Source: a virus (Duplodnaviria; Heunggongvirae; Uroviricota; Caudoviricetes). Taken from it: a DNA stretch of 64,000 bases. The stretch is from the IMG/VR virus record IMGVR_UViG_3300012347_000377, positions 192,001 through 256,000 of that record; one strand, 5' to 3'. Position 1 is the stretch's first letter, and every line of letters begins with the position of its first letter. Below are positions 50,824 through 60,417 of this stretch, piece after piece. The notes under the pieces were generated by a model. The model saw only the letters and a list, made by a program, of their open reading frames with translations. It was not told where the DNA came from and did not search any database. Both the position numbers and the translations under genes were made by a program.

Positions 50824-51627
50824 ATGATAAAATTAAGAGATTTATTGAAAGAGGAAACCTCAAAAAATCCATTAATCAACCGATTGTTGGTAGAATTGAA
50901 ACCTCTAATTGCTGATATTATTGAAGATACTAAACAACGTTATAAAAAAGACGATAAAGAGTTTACTGATTATGATGCTCATTATACCGAAATTGTATTG
51001 AAATACGATATGGTTAGAGCATTAGAAAAATACACTCTACCTACTGATAAAATGAGTGATGTTGTGGTAAGAAACTCTTCAAAGGGTGCGTTCCAAATCA
51101 AATGTATAGTAGAACGAGATGGTAATAAATACCCATTCAACACCGAAGTAATTTATGCAGGTGGATACAACATTCAGAAATTACACTTTCGTTATTTAAC
51201 CAAAACATCATTACCGCAAACAGGTCAATCCGCTGAAACTCAAAAGTTGAAAGCTGAATTGATGAAAATGAGTAAGGGTGAGAAATTACAGAAAGATATT
51301 GAAAGACTTAAAAAACGTATCGAATTAAATCAAAAAGAAATCGATGCTAATTCCAAATTTAACGATAAACAAATTTTGGATAAAGTTAATGCCGGTGATA
51401 ATGTAGTTGGGAAACCATTTGTTTGGCCATCGTGGGAAGAGATAGTTAAGAGAGGTGCTGATAAAAACTACAATAATGATGAAAAGTATTACAACCAACG
51501 AAAGAAGGAATCGGAAGAAGGTAGTATAGAGTTTTGGAAAAAAAAGAATATCATTTGGAAGCAGCAAGATATTGCTAGTTCTAAAAAAGAAATTGAAAAG
51601 GCACAAAAAAAATTGGATAATTTATAA
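50824..51627 (+). CDS. Hypothetical protein with MIKLRDLLKEE leader and coiled coil
   Basis: Leader motif; IYAGGYNIQKLHFRY core. Confidence 0.72.
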   Translation: MIKLRDLLKEETSKNPLINRLLVELKPLIADIIEDTKQRYKKDDKEFTDYDAHYTEIVLKYDMVRALEKYTLPTDKMSDVVVRNSSKGAFQIKCIVERDGNKYPFNTEVIYAGGYNIQKLHFRYLTKTSLPQTGQSAETQKLKAELMKMSKGEKLQKDIERLKKRIELNQKEIDANSKFNDKQILDKVNAGDNVVGKPFVWPSWEEIVKRGADKNYNNDEKYYNQRKKESEEGSIEFWKKKNIIWKQQDIASSKKEIEKAQKKLDNL

Positions 51628-52175
51628 TGATAAAATTAAAAGATATGATAAGTAGAAGTTTATTCGTAGAATCAAAAAAATTAAGGATATTTGATTTTGA
51701 TGATACTCTTGTTAAAACAACATCTTTCATATACATCACACATTCAGATGGTAGAAAATCAAAATTAACTCCTGGTCAATATGCAGTGTATGTAGAAAGA
51801 CCGGGTGATGTATTCGATTTCAAAGATTTTAATCAGGTTAAGAATCCTCAAGAAATTACTAAAATAACAAATATTCTTAGAAACATAGTTAGAGTTAGTG
51901 GTGGTGAGGGTGTTTATATTTTAACCGCTCGTTCTGCAGCAGAACCAATTAAAAAATATCTAAGAGATATTGGAATTAATTCTAATAAAATATTTGTAGT
52001 TGCATTAGCATCTAACAATCCAAAAGATAAAGCAGATTGGATTGAGAACAAAATTGACAACGAAGGATATGATGATATTTACTTCGCAGATGATTCTGAA
52101 AAGAATGTTGAAACTGCAAAACAAATGTTAAGAAGAAAAGATGTTCGTTGGAGAGTTCAACAAATAAAACACTAA
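51627..52175 (+). CDS. HAD-superfamily phosphatase-like protein with leader
   Basis: FDFDDTL motif I, LTAR motif II, K, FADDSEKN motif IV. Confidence 0.82.
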   Translation: MIKLKDMISRSLFVESKKLRIFDFDDTLVKTTSFIYITHSDGRKSKLTPGQYAVYVERPGDVFDFKDFNQVKNPQEITKITNILRNIVRVSGGEGVYILTARSAAEPIKKYLRDIGINSNKIFVVALASNNPKDKADWIENKIDNEGYDDIYFADDSEKNVETAKQMLRRKDVRWRVQQIKH

Positions 52176-52199
52176 ATTATATTTTGTAATCATTTTCTG

Positions 52200-52208
52200 A
52201 TATTTATA
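52200..52208 (+). promoter_or_regulatory. Putative late-promoter motif ATATTTATA
   Basis: Intergenic, before 52232. Confidence 0.6.
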
Positions 52209-52231
52209 TAAAAATAAAGGGAGTATGATAC

Positions 52232-52453
52232 ATGAAAAGGTTTTTAACAAAATGTTCGGAGTTATTATTTAAAGGATTTTTAGTATTCACTTTTATGTGG
52301 ATTTCATTTGCATTGATATTCGATGCATTCTTTGTCTACCTACACTTCACTAATCCAGAAAAAGGACAATACTATTCAAATGAAATAATGGTGAGAATCG
52401 ATGGAACGTATAAAAACAATCCTAAAAGTATTTGGTATGTAAACCAAAAATAA
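52232..52453 (+). CDS. Small membrane protein
   Basis: Long hydrophobic segment; AGGGAG upstream. Confidence 0.68.
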   Translation: MKRFLTKCSELLFKGFLVFTFMWISFALIFDAFFVYLHFTNPEKGQYYSNEIMVRIDGTYKNNPKSIWYVNQK

Positions 52454-52505
52454 TTATTTAGATTGTATCTTCAATCAAATTAAATAACGGAAAACTCTAA
52501 TTTAT

Positions 52506-52514
52506 ATATTTATA
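52506..52514 (+). promoter_or_regulatory. Putative late-promoter motif ATATTTATA
   Basis: Intergenic, before 52541. Confidence 0.6.
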
Positions 52515-52540
52515 TCATATAAAGAAATATTCTTAGTATT

Positions 52541-54106
52541 ATGCCGTCATCATCAAAACAACAACAGAAATTTATGGGTATGGTTCATGCACTTCAAAAA
52601 GGTGATATGAAACAATCTGATGCATCCCCTGAATTAAAGAAGGTAGCAAAGGATATGAATCCATCTGATGTTAAAGATTTTGCATCTACTAAACATAGTG
52701 GATTACCAAAAAGAGTAAAGCAAGAAATTGTAAAAAGATTAAAAGAATATGCAATGATGATTCCCAATCATCAAACACAACCATCTGCTCCCGCAGATTC
52801 TTTACGTTCCGATGATGAAATGGATGTAAATGAAAATTTCCCGGCAAATTGGTTAGTAGGTAGAGTTTCTGATCAACATAGTAAGTTGGGAACAACTCCT
52901 AGAGAAGATTACGATGATACTAATTTTGATAAAGAGGATTCTGGACAAGAAGATTTAGAAAACGAAAATATGAACGAAGCACCTGAAATTAAAACCATCA
53001 CTAAAAAAGAATGGTCAAAGATTAAAAATTTCAATAAACACATCGGACAAGATGGAACTCATTATGTAATGGCTTATAATGATAAAATTGGAACACATTT
53101 AAATCCAGTAAAAATTGTAAAAGAATCTACATTAAACGAAGATAATTGGAAAGCTGAGAAGAATTCTATTTTCTTAAATGGTAGTAAAGTTGGTGATTAT
53201 TCATATGATAGAGATTCTGATGCTTTTTGGATGGATAATATTAAAGGTTCAGGTCAAAAATCATTTGATACAACTAAAGAAATGCTTCAATTTATACAAA
53301 AACATAAATCTGATTATCTAAAAGCTAGAAAGGCTTATATTGGTAAAGGATATATGAAAGAAACTACTAATCCGGCTGATATTATAAAAGATTTGGATAA
53401 AGTAAGACACGATTTGATTAAAAAGGTAGATGTATTAATTGCTAAAAAGAAAAAACTTTATTCTAATGTTGATATTGAATCACCAATGTCTGCAGATGAA
53501 AAACAATTAGATAAAGATATACAATCTATATTCTCACAAATACAACAACTAATTCAACAAAAAAGAAAAATAAAGACTGAATCATTAAACGATGAACTTT
53601 CTGGTAATGATTTGGAAATGGTTGTTGGTATAATTGATATTTTAAAACAAGTTAAAGATAAAGAAAATAGAAAAGAAATTGCTTTAAATATGATTAAGCA
53701 ATTTAAAGAAGAGGATATTGATTTTGATTATTCTAAATTCTTATCACAATTAAAAGAGTATGGTTCTAATTTAACCGATACTTTCTTATTACCACGTCAT
53801 TCTGATAAATTACCTGGTACACCTGCAGATAAAAATGCAATTGATAATCCAGATTCCGAAAGTGGTAATTTATATGAAGTAGGATTGGGTGATTGGCATT
53901 TCAAAGCAATTCAAAAATTATATCAAAAAGCAGGTTCATTTGGTAGAAAGAAAATAGCAGCAGTAATTACTAAAAATCCAAATTCGAATTGGAGTAAAAT
54001 CGAAAGAGAATTACAAGATTCAGACTATTACGAAATTTCAGATTATAGTGATAAATTAGGATTGAGTGAAGTTGTTGAAAATTTGATTAAAAGAAAAAAT
54101 AAGTAG
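52541..54106 (+). CDS. Modular protein with N-terminal DUF3008-like domain and many (L/V/M)xE junctions
   Basis: MPSSSKQQQKFMG...DFASTKHSGLP resembles DUF3008; LKE, VNE, MNE, VKE, LNE, MKE sites. Confidence 0.7.
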   Translation: MPSSSKQQQKFMGMVHALQKGDMKQSDASPELKKVAKDMNPSDVKDFASTKHSGLPKRVKQEIVKRLKEYAMMIPNHQTQPSAPADSLRSDDEMDVNENFPANWLVGRVSDQHSKLGTTPREDYDDTNFDKEDSGQEDLENENMNEAPEIKTITKKEWSKIKNFNKHIGQDGTHYVMAYNDKIGTHLNPVKIVKESTLNEDNWKAEKNSIFLNGSKVGDYSYDRDSDAFWMDNIKGSGQKSFDTTKEMLQFIQKHKSDYLKARKAYIGKGYMKETTNPADIIKDLDKVRHDLIKKVDVLIAKKKKLYSNVDIESPMSADEKQLDKDIQSIFSQIQQLIQQKRKIKTESLNDELSGNDLEMVVGIIDILKQVKDKENRKEIALNMIKQFKEEDIDFDYSKFLSQLKEYGSNLTDTFLLPRHSDKLPGTPADKNAIDNPDSESGNLYEVGLGDWHFKAIQKLYQKAGSFGRKKIAAVITKNPNSNWSKIERELQDSDYYEISDYSDKLGLSEVVENLIKRKNK

Positions 54107-54131
54107 TTATATTAATAAAAAAGGTTACGAA

Positions 54132-54956
54132 ATGATTATTTCTTCAAAAATATACCCTACGGATACTAATGTATTTATAACAATACAAAAAGTTGCATCC
54201 ACCTTATTGGGTAGTTTATTTGATGACTCGGAAAAAACAGGTATGGGATTCGATTATTCTATCGATATTCAAAACAAAAAAATAATTTGTGCAGAAAATG
54301 TAATTGGAACATTACAACAAAAAGTTTTAAATGAGTTTGATGCTATTTTTTCTAACACATCTGATAAAAATATAATAATTCTTTATAGAAATCCCATAAA
54401 TAGATTAAAATCATCCATAATTGAAGATTTTAATAGTATAATTACCAGCACAGATCATACTGATTTTACTCAAGATTTATTATTTAAATTATTTGATGCA
54501 TCTCCTAGAGTACAAGAATTTATAAAAGTTAATGCAGATTCTTTTTATTTATCAGAATTTGATGAAACTGATGATGAAATAATTAATTTTTTAAAAAAAT
54601 CATTTTCTTTTTATATAGAATTTTTATCTAATTCAAATTTTAATAATGCCCACTCCAATGATTATTTGAAAAATTTCTACAATCTAATTCATTCGAATAT
54701 TTTTGATGAACGTAGGATAATTTTATGTGATATTGATTCCAAACTACTAACCCCATTATTGAATAAATTTTCAATATTTCCTGATTATGAAAATCATACA
54801 CATAGTAATGGTATATTTTTACCAATTATAGATCAAATACTATCAGATATAACTAATACTAATATTTATTCAAAATATACTGAAAAAATACAATCAGAAT
54901 ATGAATATTATGAGTTATTAAAAAAACATACAAATAATTTTAAAATAGAAAAATAA
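54132..54956 (+). CDS. Sulfotransferase-like protein
   Basis: IQKVAST (5'-PSB loop) and YRNPINRLKS (3'-PB) motifs. Confidence 0.65.
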   Translation: MIISSKIYPTDTNVFITIQKVASTLLGSLFDDSEKTGMGFDYSIDIQNKKIICAENVIGTLQQKVLNEFDAIFSNTSDKNIIILYRNPINRLKSSIIEDFNSIITSTDHTDFTQDLLFKLFDASPRVQEFIKVNADSFYLSEFDETDDEIINFLKKSFSFYIEFLSNSNFNNAHSNDYLKNFYNLIHSNIFDERRIILCDIDSKLLTPLLNKFSIFPDYENHTHSNGIFLPIIDQILSDITNTNIYSKYTEKIQSEYEYYELLKKHTNNFKIEK

Positions 54957-54957
54957 T

Positions 54958-55428
54958 ATGGTATATTGGTTTACGGGTCAACCTGGTGCCGGTAAAACGG
55001 TTTTAGGTAAAAAGTTACATAAGTTTTTAGAAACAGAAAAACGCAATTGGCGTAAAAACGTATTTCACTTAGATGGTGATAATCTTAGAGATATTACTAA
55101 TAACAAAGATTATTCCGAAGAAGGTAGAAAGAACAACATCAGAACTGCACAGACAATAGTCGAATATCTACACTTAAATAGATGCGATGTTGTCGTTTCA
55201 TTAGTTGCACCATTCATAGAATTAAGAGAAGAGTTGAAAGACAAAATAGGACCTGATATGGTTGAAATTTTCGTGCATACAACCGAACCAAGAGAACGTG
55301 ATCATTTTCATGTTAAAGATTACGAACCACCTCAAGTAAATTTTATCGATATAAACACTACAAAGGATTCGCCTGATATTTCATTTTCAAAATTAATCAA
55401 TCATTTGAACAAATTAAAGAAATTGTAA
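54958..55428 (+). CDS. cysC: Adenylyl-sulfate kinase
   Basis: WFTGQPGAGKT, LDGDNLR, YSEEGR, SLVAPF, YEPP. Confidence 0.9.
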   Translation: MVYWFTGQPGAGKTVLGKKLHKFLETEKRNWRKNVFHLDGDNLRDITNNKDYSEEGRKNNIRTAQTIVEYLHLNRCDVVVSLVAPFIELREELKDKIGPDMVEIFVHTTEPRERDHFHVKDYEPPQVNFIDINTTKDSPDISFSKLINHLNKLKKL

Positions 55429-56216
55429 TGAATGAAATTATCTGTATAGGAACATCATTTACCGAAGGTGGTGGGTTATATGATACTGAAGTTAAGGAAT
55501 ATTATAAAAAACTTAACATCATATATGATAAACAATCTGAAGTGGCGTGGCCATCTCATTTAGGTAAGTTATTAAACATCCCAACAAGAAATTTGGGTAA
55601 ATGTGGAAGTGGTATTGATTACTTAATCAGAAATGTAGAAGAAATCATAGAACACGAAGATGTATCCGATAAATTATTTATTTTGGAATACTCTGGTTGG
55701 GGTAGAACTGAACTATGGGATAGTAATCGTAATAAATACATTATTACTAATTGGGGCCCACGCGATGGTAATGACCCTAAAAACGAAGGTTATGCAGTGA
55801 TGATGACTACTGATTATACCTATGGTGAACAATTGGAACATAGCAAATTTAAATTATGGGAATCGTTTTTAGATTCACATTTCAATGAAGCAGATTATTT
55901 AATCAGTAGAGATAAACAATTCATAAATTTATTATATAAACTACAACACAAGCAAATTAAATTTTTAGTAATATATCTTGAAAGTTGTTTTTGGGAAGGA
56001 TTATATGATGAATCTGTAATAATTGAAAATTCTTTATTTATGACAAAAGATAATACTAAAGTATCGCATTCAGTTCCGTTTGGATTATCGTATTTAGTAT
56101 CAAATAATGGTAATCGTATATCTGATATGTTACCTGAAATAAATGATACACATCCTAATATAGAAGGTCATATTAGTATTGCAAATGAAATATACACTAA
56201 ATTAAAAAAAATATAA
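55428..56216 (+). CDS. SGNH/GDSL-like protein (paralogue 4)
   Basis: GTSFTEG, NLGKCGSG, DTHPNIEGH. Confidence 0.78.
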   Translation: MNEIICIGTSFTEGGGLYDTEVKEYYKKLNIIYDKQSEVAWPSHLGKLLNIPTRNLGKCGSGIDYLIRNVEEIIEHEDVSDKLFILEYSGWGRTELWDSNRNKYIITNWGPRDGNDPKNEGYAVMMTTDYTYGEQLEHSKFKLWESFLDSHFNEADYLISRDKQFINLLYKLQHKQIKFLVIYLESCFWEGLYDESVIIENSLFMTKDNTKVSHSVPFGLSYLVSNNGNRISDMLPEINDTHPNIEGHISIANEIYTKLKKI

Positions 56217-56596
56217 TGAACAAAAAATACGCACTTTACATCGGTAGATGGCAAAATTGGCATTCAGGTCATCAATGGTTAATAGACCAACAATTTCAAA
56301 AAGGTAATAACGTTTGGATTGCTATTAGAGATGTTGATAGAGATGATAATAATCCTAAAACTGCAAAAGAGATATTGGATAATCTGACAGAAGAATTAAA
56401 AGGTTATTTATCAACAGGTAGATTGTACATTTCAATTATTCCAGATATTGAATCGGTAAATTATGGTAGAGGTGTAGGTTATGATGTAATCTACCACGAA
56501 CCACCAACTGATATTGCATCAATTAGTGGAACTGCGATTCGTACGGGACATATGAAAGCAGATGGAACTCTTACTTATGATGAAAATAAAGGATAA
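56216..56596 (+). CDS. Small HxGH nucleotidyltransferase (cytidyltransferase/ATP-sulfurylase-like)
   Basis: GRWQNWHSGH, YGRGVGY, ISGTAIR. Confidence 0.8.
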   Translation: MNKKYALYIGRWQNWHSGHQWLIDQQFQKGNNVWIAIRDVDRDDNNPKTAKEILDNLTEELKGYLSTGRLYISIIPDIESVNYGRGVGYDVIYHEPPTDIASISGTAIRTGHMKADGTLTYDENKG

Positions 56597-56817
56597 TGTT
56601 AGTAGAGAAAAAACGGCACATTGCTAAAACCATCTCATATCGTGTTTTAAGCACGCTTGTAGGGTTTCTTTTAATGTGGTGGATAAGTGGTTCAATTAAA
56701 GTTGGAACTGCATTTGGTATTGCAGAATTAGTATATAAACCGATTCAATATTATCTCCACGAACGTTTATGGTATAAGTGGATTAAATTCGGATTGAAGA
56801 AAGATGACAAAAATTAA
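56596..56817 (+). CDS. DUF2061-like small membrane protein
   Basis: AKTISYR...YYLHERLW..IKFG. Confidence 0.82.
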   Translation: MLVEKKRHIAKTISYRVLSTLVGFLLMWWISGSIKVGTAFGIAELVYKPIQYYLHERLWYKWIKFGLKKDDKN

Positions 56818-57682
56818 ATATATAAATTGTTTCGGAACATCTAATACTGCAGGTGGTGGGTTTGAATTTGATTCACCAACTCAAGGTTGGTTCATCAATA
56901 GCTTATATGGGCACATACCAAACGAAGAAAAAACAATTTTCAATTTTTCTTACCCAGGTCAATTACAAAAGTTAGTTTCCAAAAATATAAAGGTTAATAA
57001 CTATGGTAAACAGGGGTGTGGCAATGAACGTGTAGTTCGAAAATCATATGAAATCATCGATGGCTGGGGATTTAATAAAGATGAACATATTTTTATATTT
57101 GAAATTACTGGTTTAGGTAGGAGAGAATTTTTCTTTAATAAACTCAATGAACATATAATATGTAATTATCAAATTGATGAAAATAATAAAGCAGTTTTCA
57201 CAGCAACTGCAAATCATTATAACTATGATTCAGATGAAACTATTAAATTATTAGAATCATATGACCCGTTTTTCAAAACTTATTTAACTGATTTTTTTGA
57301 TATTAAAAATGAAGTTGATGAACATAGAAGAACGATAGATTTTTTTCTAGCATATTTAGATTCTAAAAATATAAATTATTATTTTACTATGACTCCTACA
57401 ACACATGAATATCGAAAATCATGTGAATTTTTATTTGGAGATGGTAAGTATTTTCAGCAAACAAATGATATGATGGATTTTTCATTCTTTAATAAATTAA
57501 CAATTAAAGATGAAACCAATAAACAATCGAATGATATGCATATTGGGTTGAAGGGAAATAAAATAATTGCAAATGTAATTTATAATAAACTTGTAACCGA
57601 TGGTTTATTAAATACTCCAATTAAGGAAATTGATTGGGAGACATACAAAAACACAAAATATATTATACCAAAAGTTATATAA
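56804..57682 (+). CDS. SGNH/GDSL-like protein (paralogue 5)
   Basis: GTSNTAG, NYGKQGCGN, DMHIGLKGN. Confidence 0.75.
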   Translation: MTKIKYINCFGTSNTAGGGFEFDSPTQGWFINSLYGHIPNEEKTIFNFSYPGQLQKLVSKNIKVNNYGKQGCGNERVVRKSYEIIDGWGFNKDEHIFIFEITGLGRREFFFNKLNEHIICNYQIDENNKAVFTATANHYNYDSDETIKLLESYDPFFKTYLTDFFDIKNEVDEHRRTIDFFLAYLDSKNINYYFTMTPTTHEYRKSCEFLFGDGKYFQQTNDMMDFSFFNKLTIKDETNKQSNDMHIGLKGNKIIANVIYNKLVTDGLLNTPIKEIDWETYKNTKYIIPKVI

Positions 57683-57685
57683 GTT

Positions 57686-58723
57686 ATGGAATTGATAAAA
57701 CCAAATGTCCGAAACGAGTGGGGACAATTAAGAGAGATTATTGTTGGAACTGCAGAATACGCACAAGTTCCAACCAAAGGAGATAAATGTTTACATTCAA
57801 TTGATTATGCACACCTTTCGGATGAAGAGTTTGCAAATAGACCAAGTGGATTATATCCTCAAAAGTTAATTGATGAAACAAGAGAAGATTTAGATGGTAT
57901 TGCAGATACACTTCGTTCATTGGGAGTGAAAGTTCATAGACCAGAGGTTAGGGATTTCTCACAACCTATTATAACTGAAAATTGGGAAGTAGATGGTTAT
58001 TACAATTATTGTCCAAGAGATTCAATGTTTGTGGTAAATGATAAGGTAATCGCAACACCTATGACATTACGTCATCGTTCAAACGAAGCAGAAACTTGCA
58101 AACCATTATTTGATCAAAATCATTGGGTAGATGCACCGAAACCAAAATTGTTAGATTCTATATATCAGAGAGAAGACCTTTCACGTCCAACTCTTTTAGA
58201 TGGAGAACCAGTATTCGATGCAGCTAATGTAATTAAACATAATAACGATATTCTTTATTTAGTTTCCAATACAGGTAATAAAGATGGTGCTAAATGGTTA
58301 GAAACTTATTGTAAAGAAACATTTGGTAATGAATACAACGTTCATTTAGCAGAAAATGTTTATGCATATATTCACATCGATACTACTTTTGTATTTTTAG
58401 GTGAAGGTAAAGTTCTATTGAATCCATCTCGAGTTAGATGGCAAAACCTACCTGAATTCTTAAAAGATTTTGATAAGATTTGGGCACCAGAACCATATCC
58501 AACACAAGTATTAAATGATTGGTGTCCTGCATCACCCTGGTTAGGTATGAATATTTTACCAATTAATGATAAATTATGTATGGTAGAAGAACATCAAACT
58601 TTACTAATGATGGAATTGAAAAAGTGGGGTATTGAATCTATACCAACAAAGATGAGACATGCACGAACATTTAGTGGTGGTCCTCATTGTGTCACGTTGG
58701 ATGTAGTTAGAGATGAAAAATAA
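57686..58723 (+). CDS. Amidinotransferase (glycine / inosamine-phosphate amidinotransferase family)
   Basis: NEWGQLREIIVG, CPRD, FDAA, HIDTT, SGGPHCVTLD. Confidence 0.9.
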   Translation: MELIKPNVRNEWGQLREIIVGTAEYAQVPTKGDKCLHSIDYAHLSDEEFANRPSGLYPQKLIDETREDLDGIADTLRSLGVKVHRPEVRDFSQPIITENWEVDGYYNYCPRDSMFVVNDKVIATPMTLRHRSNEAETCKPLFDQNHWVDAPKPKLLDSIYQREDLSRPTLLDGEPVFDAANVIKHNNDILYLVSNTGNKDGAKWLETYCKETFGNEYNVHLAENVYAYIHIDTTFVFLGEGKVLLNPSRVRWQNLPEFLKDFDKIWAPEPYPTQVLNDWCPASPWLGMNILPINDKLCMVEEHQTLLMMELKKWGIESIPTKMRHARTFSGGPHCVTLDVVRDEK

Positions 58724-58754
58724 CGGAAACTCTATCAAAAAATTATAATACACT

Positions 58755-58763
58755 ATACTTATA
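58755..58763 (+). promoter_or_regulatory. Variant late-promoter motif ATACTTATA
   Basis: Intergenic, before 58779; one mismatch to ATATTTATA. Confidence 0.5.
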
Positions 58764-58778
58764 TTAAATAACATTAGT

Positions 58779-59345
58779 ATGGAAAATAATAAACACGATA
58801 AAATATTCCCAAATTACGATCCAACATCCGATTTATCTCAAGCAAGTAAATCACGAAGATTGAAACGTGGATTGGGTGCACAACCTCTGTTAGAATCAGA
58901 AATCAAAGCAGTTCAACAAAAGGCTCGTTCCGCAATGGAAGCAGCACGTATCTTAGGAGTGTCATTCAACACATATAAAAAATACGCACGAAAATATGGT
59001 ATATTCGATGATTTAAAAAATCCCGATGGTATTGGTATTCGTAAAGGATATAATATTAAAAGAGGTAAATTTTCATTAGATGATATTCTAAAAGGAAAAT
59101 ATCCAGAATATCCCGTATGGAAATTAAAACAAAGATTATTACTTAATGGTTATATGTTAGAAAAATGTAATAATTGTGGATTTGAAGAACGCAGAATTAC
59201 TGACAATAAAGTTCCATTAGTATTAGATTTTTTAGATGGGAATAAGACAAATCATTTATATGATAATTTGAGAATGTTATGTTTCAATTGTTCATTCTTA
59301 GTAAATGGAAATCTAACCGGTCCTAAAGCAGAATATAATTACTAA
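58779..59345 (+). CDS. HTH + degenerate HNH/Zn-finger protein
   Basis: EAARILGVSFNTYKKY HTH; CNNC, LDFLDGNKTN, LCFNC. Confidence 0.75.
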   Translation: MENNKHDKIFPNYDPTSDLSQASKSRRLKRGLGAQPLLESEIKAVQQKARSAMEAARILGVSFNTYKKYARKYGIFDDLKNPDGIGIRKGYNIKRGKFSLDDILKGKYPEYPVWKLKQRLLLNGYMLEKCNNCGFEERRITDNKVPLVLDFLDGNKTNHLYDNLRMLCFNCSFLVNGNLTGPKAEYNY

Positions 59346-59349
59346 AATA

Positions 59350-59381
59350 TTTGGAAATACCAAAAAGTTTTCGTATCTTTG
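59350..59381 (+). promoter_or_regulatory. Bacteroidota-type -33/-7 promoter (ferredoxin)
   Basis: TTTGGAAATACCAAA at 59350, TATCTTTG at 59374. Confidence 0.85.
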
Positions 59382-59401
59382 TATAAATTAAATAAGAAAC
59401 T

Positions 59402-59716
59402 ATGAGTTATATTATCGGAAAGACATGCGATGGAGTATGTGATACTGCATGTGTCACTGTCTGTCCAGTAGATGTCATCAATGGCCCTATACACATCGAT
59501 GGTGTGGGTAAAGAGGTACATGGTATGAGTGATGAGGAAAAGAAAGGATTGCAACTTTACATAAACCCAGAGGAATGTATTTTATGTGGTGCCTGTATTC
59601 CTGAATGTCCGGTTGATGCAATATTCGAAACTGAAGAAGAAGCAATTGCAGCAGAAGGAAATGATGAATCCGTTCGTAAAAATTACGCATTCTATGGTAT
59701 GGAATGGAAAGGGTAA
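59402..59716 (+). CDS. Dicluster Fe-S ferredoxin
   Basis: CDGVCDTACVTVCPVD and CILCGACIPECPVDAI. Confidence 0.92.
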   Translation: MSYIIGKTCDGVCDTACVTVCPVDVINGPIHIDGVGKEVHGMSDEEKKGLQLYINPEECILCGACIPECPVDAIFETEEEAIAAEGNDESVRKNYAFYGMEWKG

Positions 59717-59733
59717 AAAAATAATAAAAAAAG

Positions 59734-59765
59734 TTTGGTAAATTCAAATTTTTTTAGTATCTTTG
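59734..59765 (+). promoter_or_regulatory. Bacteroidota-type -33/-7 promoter
   Basis: TTTG at 59734, TATCTTTG at 59758. Confidence 0.85.
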
Positions 59766-59808
59766 TAAAATAAATAAATATATAATAATATAATCTAAAA
59801 AACAAGTT

Positions 59809-60021
59809 ATGAACAAGTATTTTGAAGTAATCGTTGAAGTGGTAGTTGCAACACAAAAAAATGGCAAAGACAAGAAAGCAAAAGAAATCTATTTAGTAGA
59901 TGCACAATCTGTGACTGAAGCAGAAGCAAGAGTAGTAAAAGATTTTGAAGAGGCTGGAGTTCAAATTGATTACAAAGTTAGTGGAGCAAAGGAATCCCGC
60001 GTAATTAGGGTAATTGAATAA
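59809..60021 (+). CDS. DUF4494-like protein
   Basis: NGKDKKAKEIYLVDAQSVTEAEARV pattern. Confidence 0.75.
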   Translation: MNKYFEVIVEVVVATQKNGKDKKAKEIYLVDAQSVTEAEARVVKDFEEAGVQIDYKVSGAKESRVIRVIE

Positions 60022-60022
60022 A

Positions 60023-60289
60023 ATGGCAAAGACCGTTCAAATTAAAGAAGAAGAAATAAAAACTAAAGTTGCTAAGAGAATGCCACCGGGTGACCGATGG
60101 CAACCTCTTGACAACCCAAACGTTTTATTAGAATCCCTCACCGAAGTATTAGAATATGTTTATCAGAAAAATGGTAAAACACAATTCTTTATGGATGCTA
60201 GAGAAGGTTTTGTTTATATCGTAGATACTGAAGAAGTAATGATAGAACCAGAACCGGAGAAGAAGTGGAGTCTATATGGAGAAGATTAA
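60023..60289 (+). CDS. Hypothetical protein (start revised to ATG 60023)
   Basis: ORF following DUF4494-like gene. Confidence 0.7.
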   Translation: MAKTVQIKEEEIKTKVAKRMPPGDRWQPLDNPNVLLESLTEVLEYVYQKNGKTQFFMDAREGFVYIVDTEEVMIEPEPEKKWSLYGED

Positions 60290-60417
60290 AAAAATAGCAT
60301 ATTCTATATTATTCATATATGCTATGAATTTTCCTGCGTCAAGATTAATAATTGACATGAAAACATTAAATGATCCAGATGATTCTGATGACATTCATCT
60401 TTTTATCTAATCAAACA

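Noticed and set aside
52482-58745. Short shared string AAATAACGGAAA(A)CTCTA at about 52482 and 58718
   Set aside because: Only two copies, one overlapping a stop codon; insufficient to call a regulatory element.
60294-60410. ATAGCATAT/ATATGCTAT inverted repeat and a 28-codon ORF (60324-60410)
   Set aside because: AT-rich stem with no clear U tract; the ORF is too short to support without homologues.
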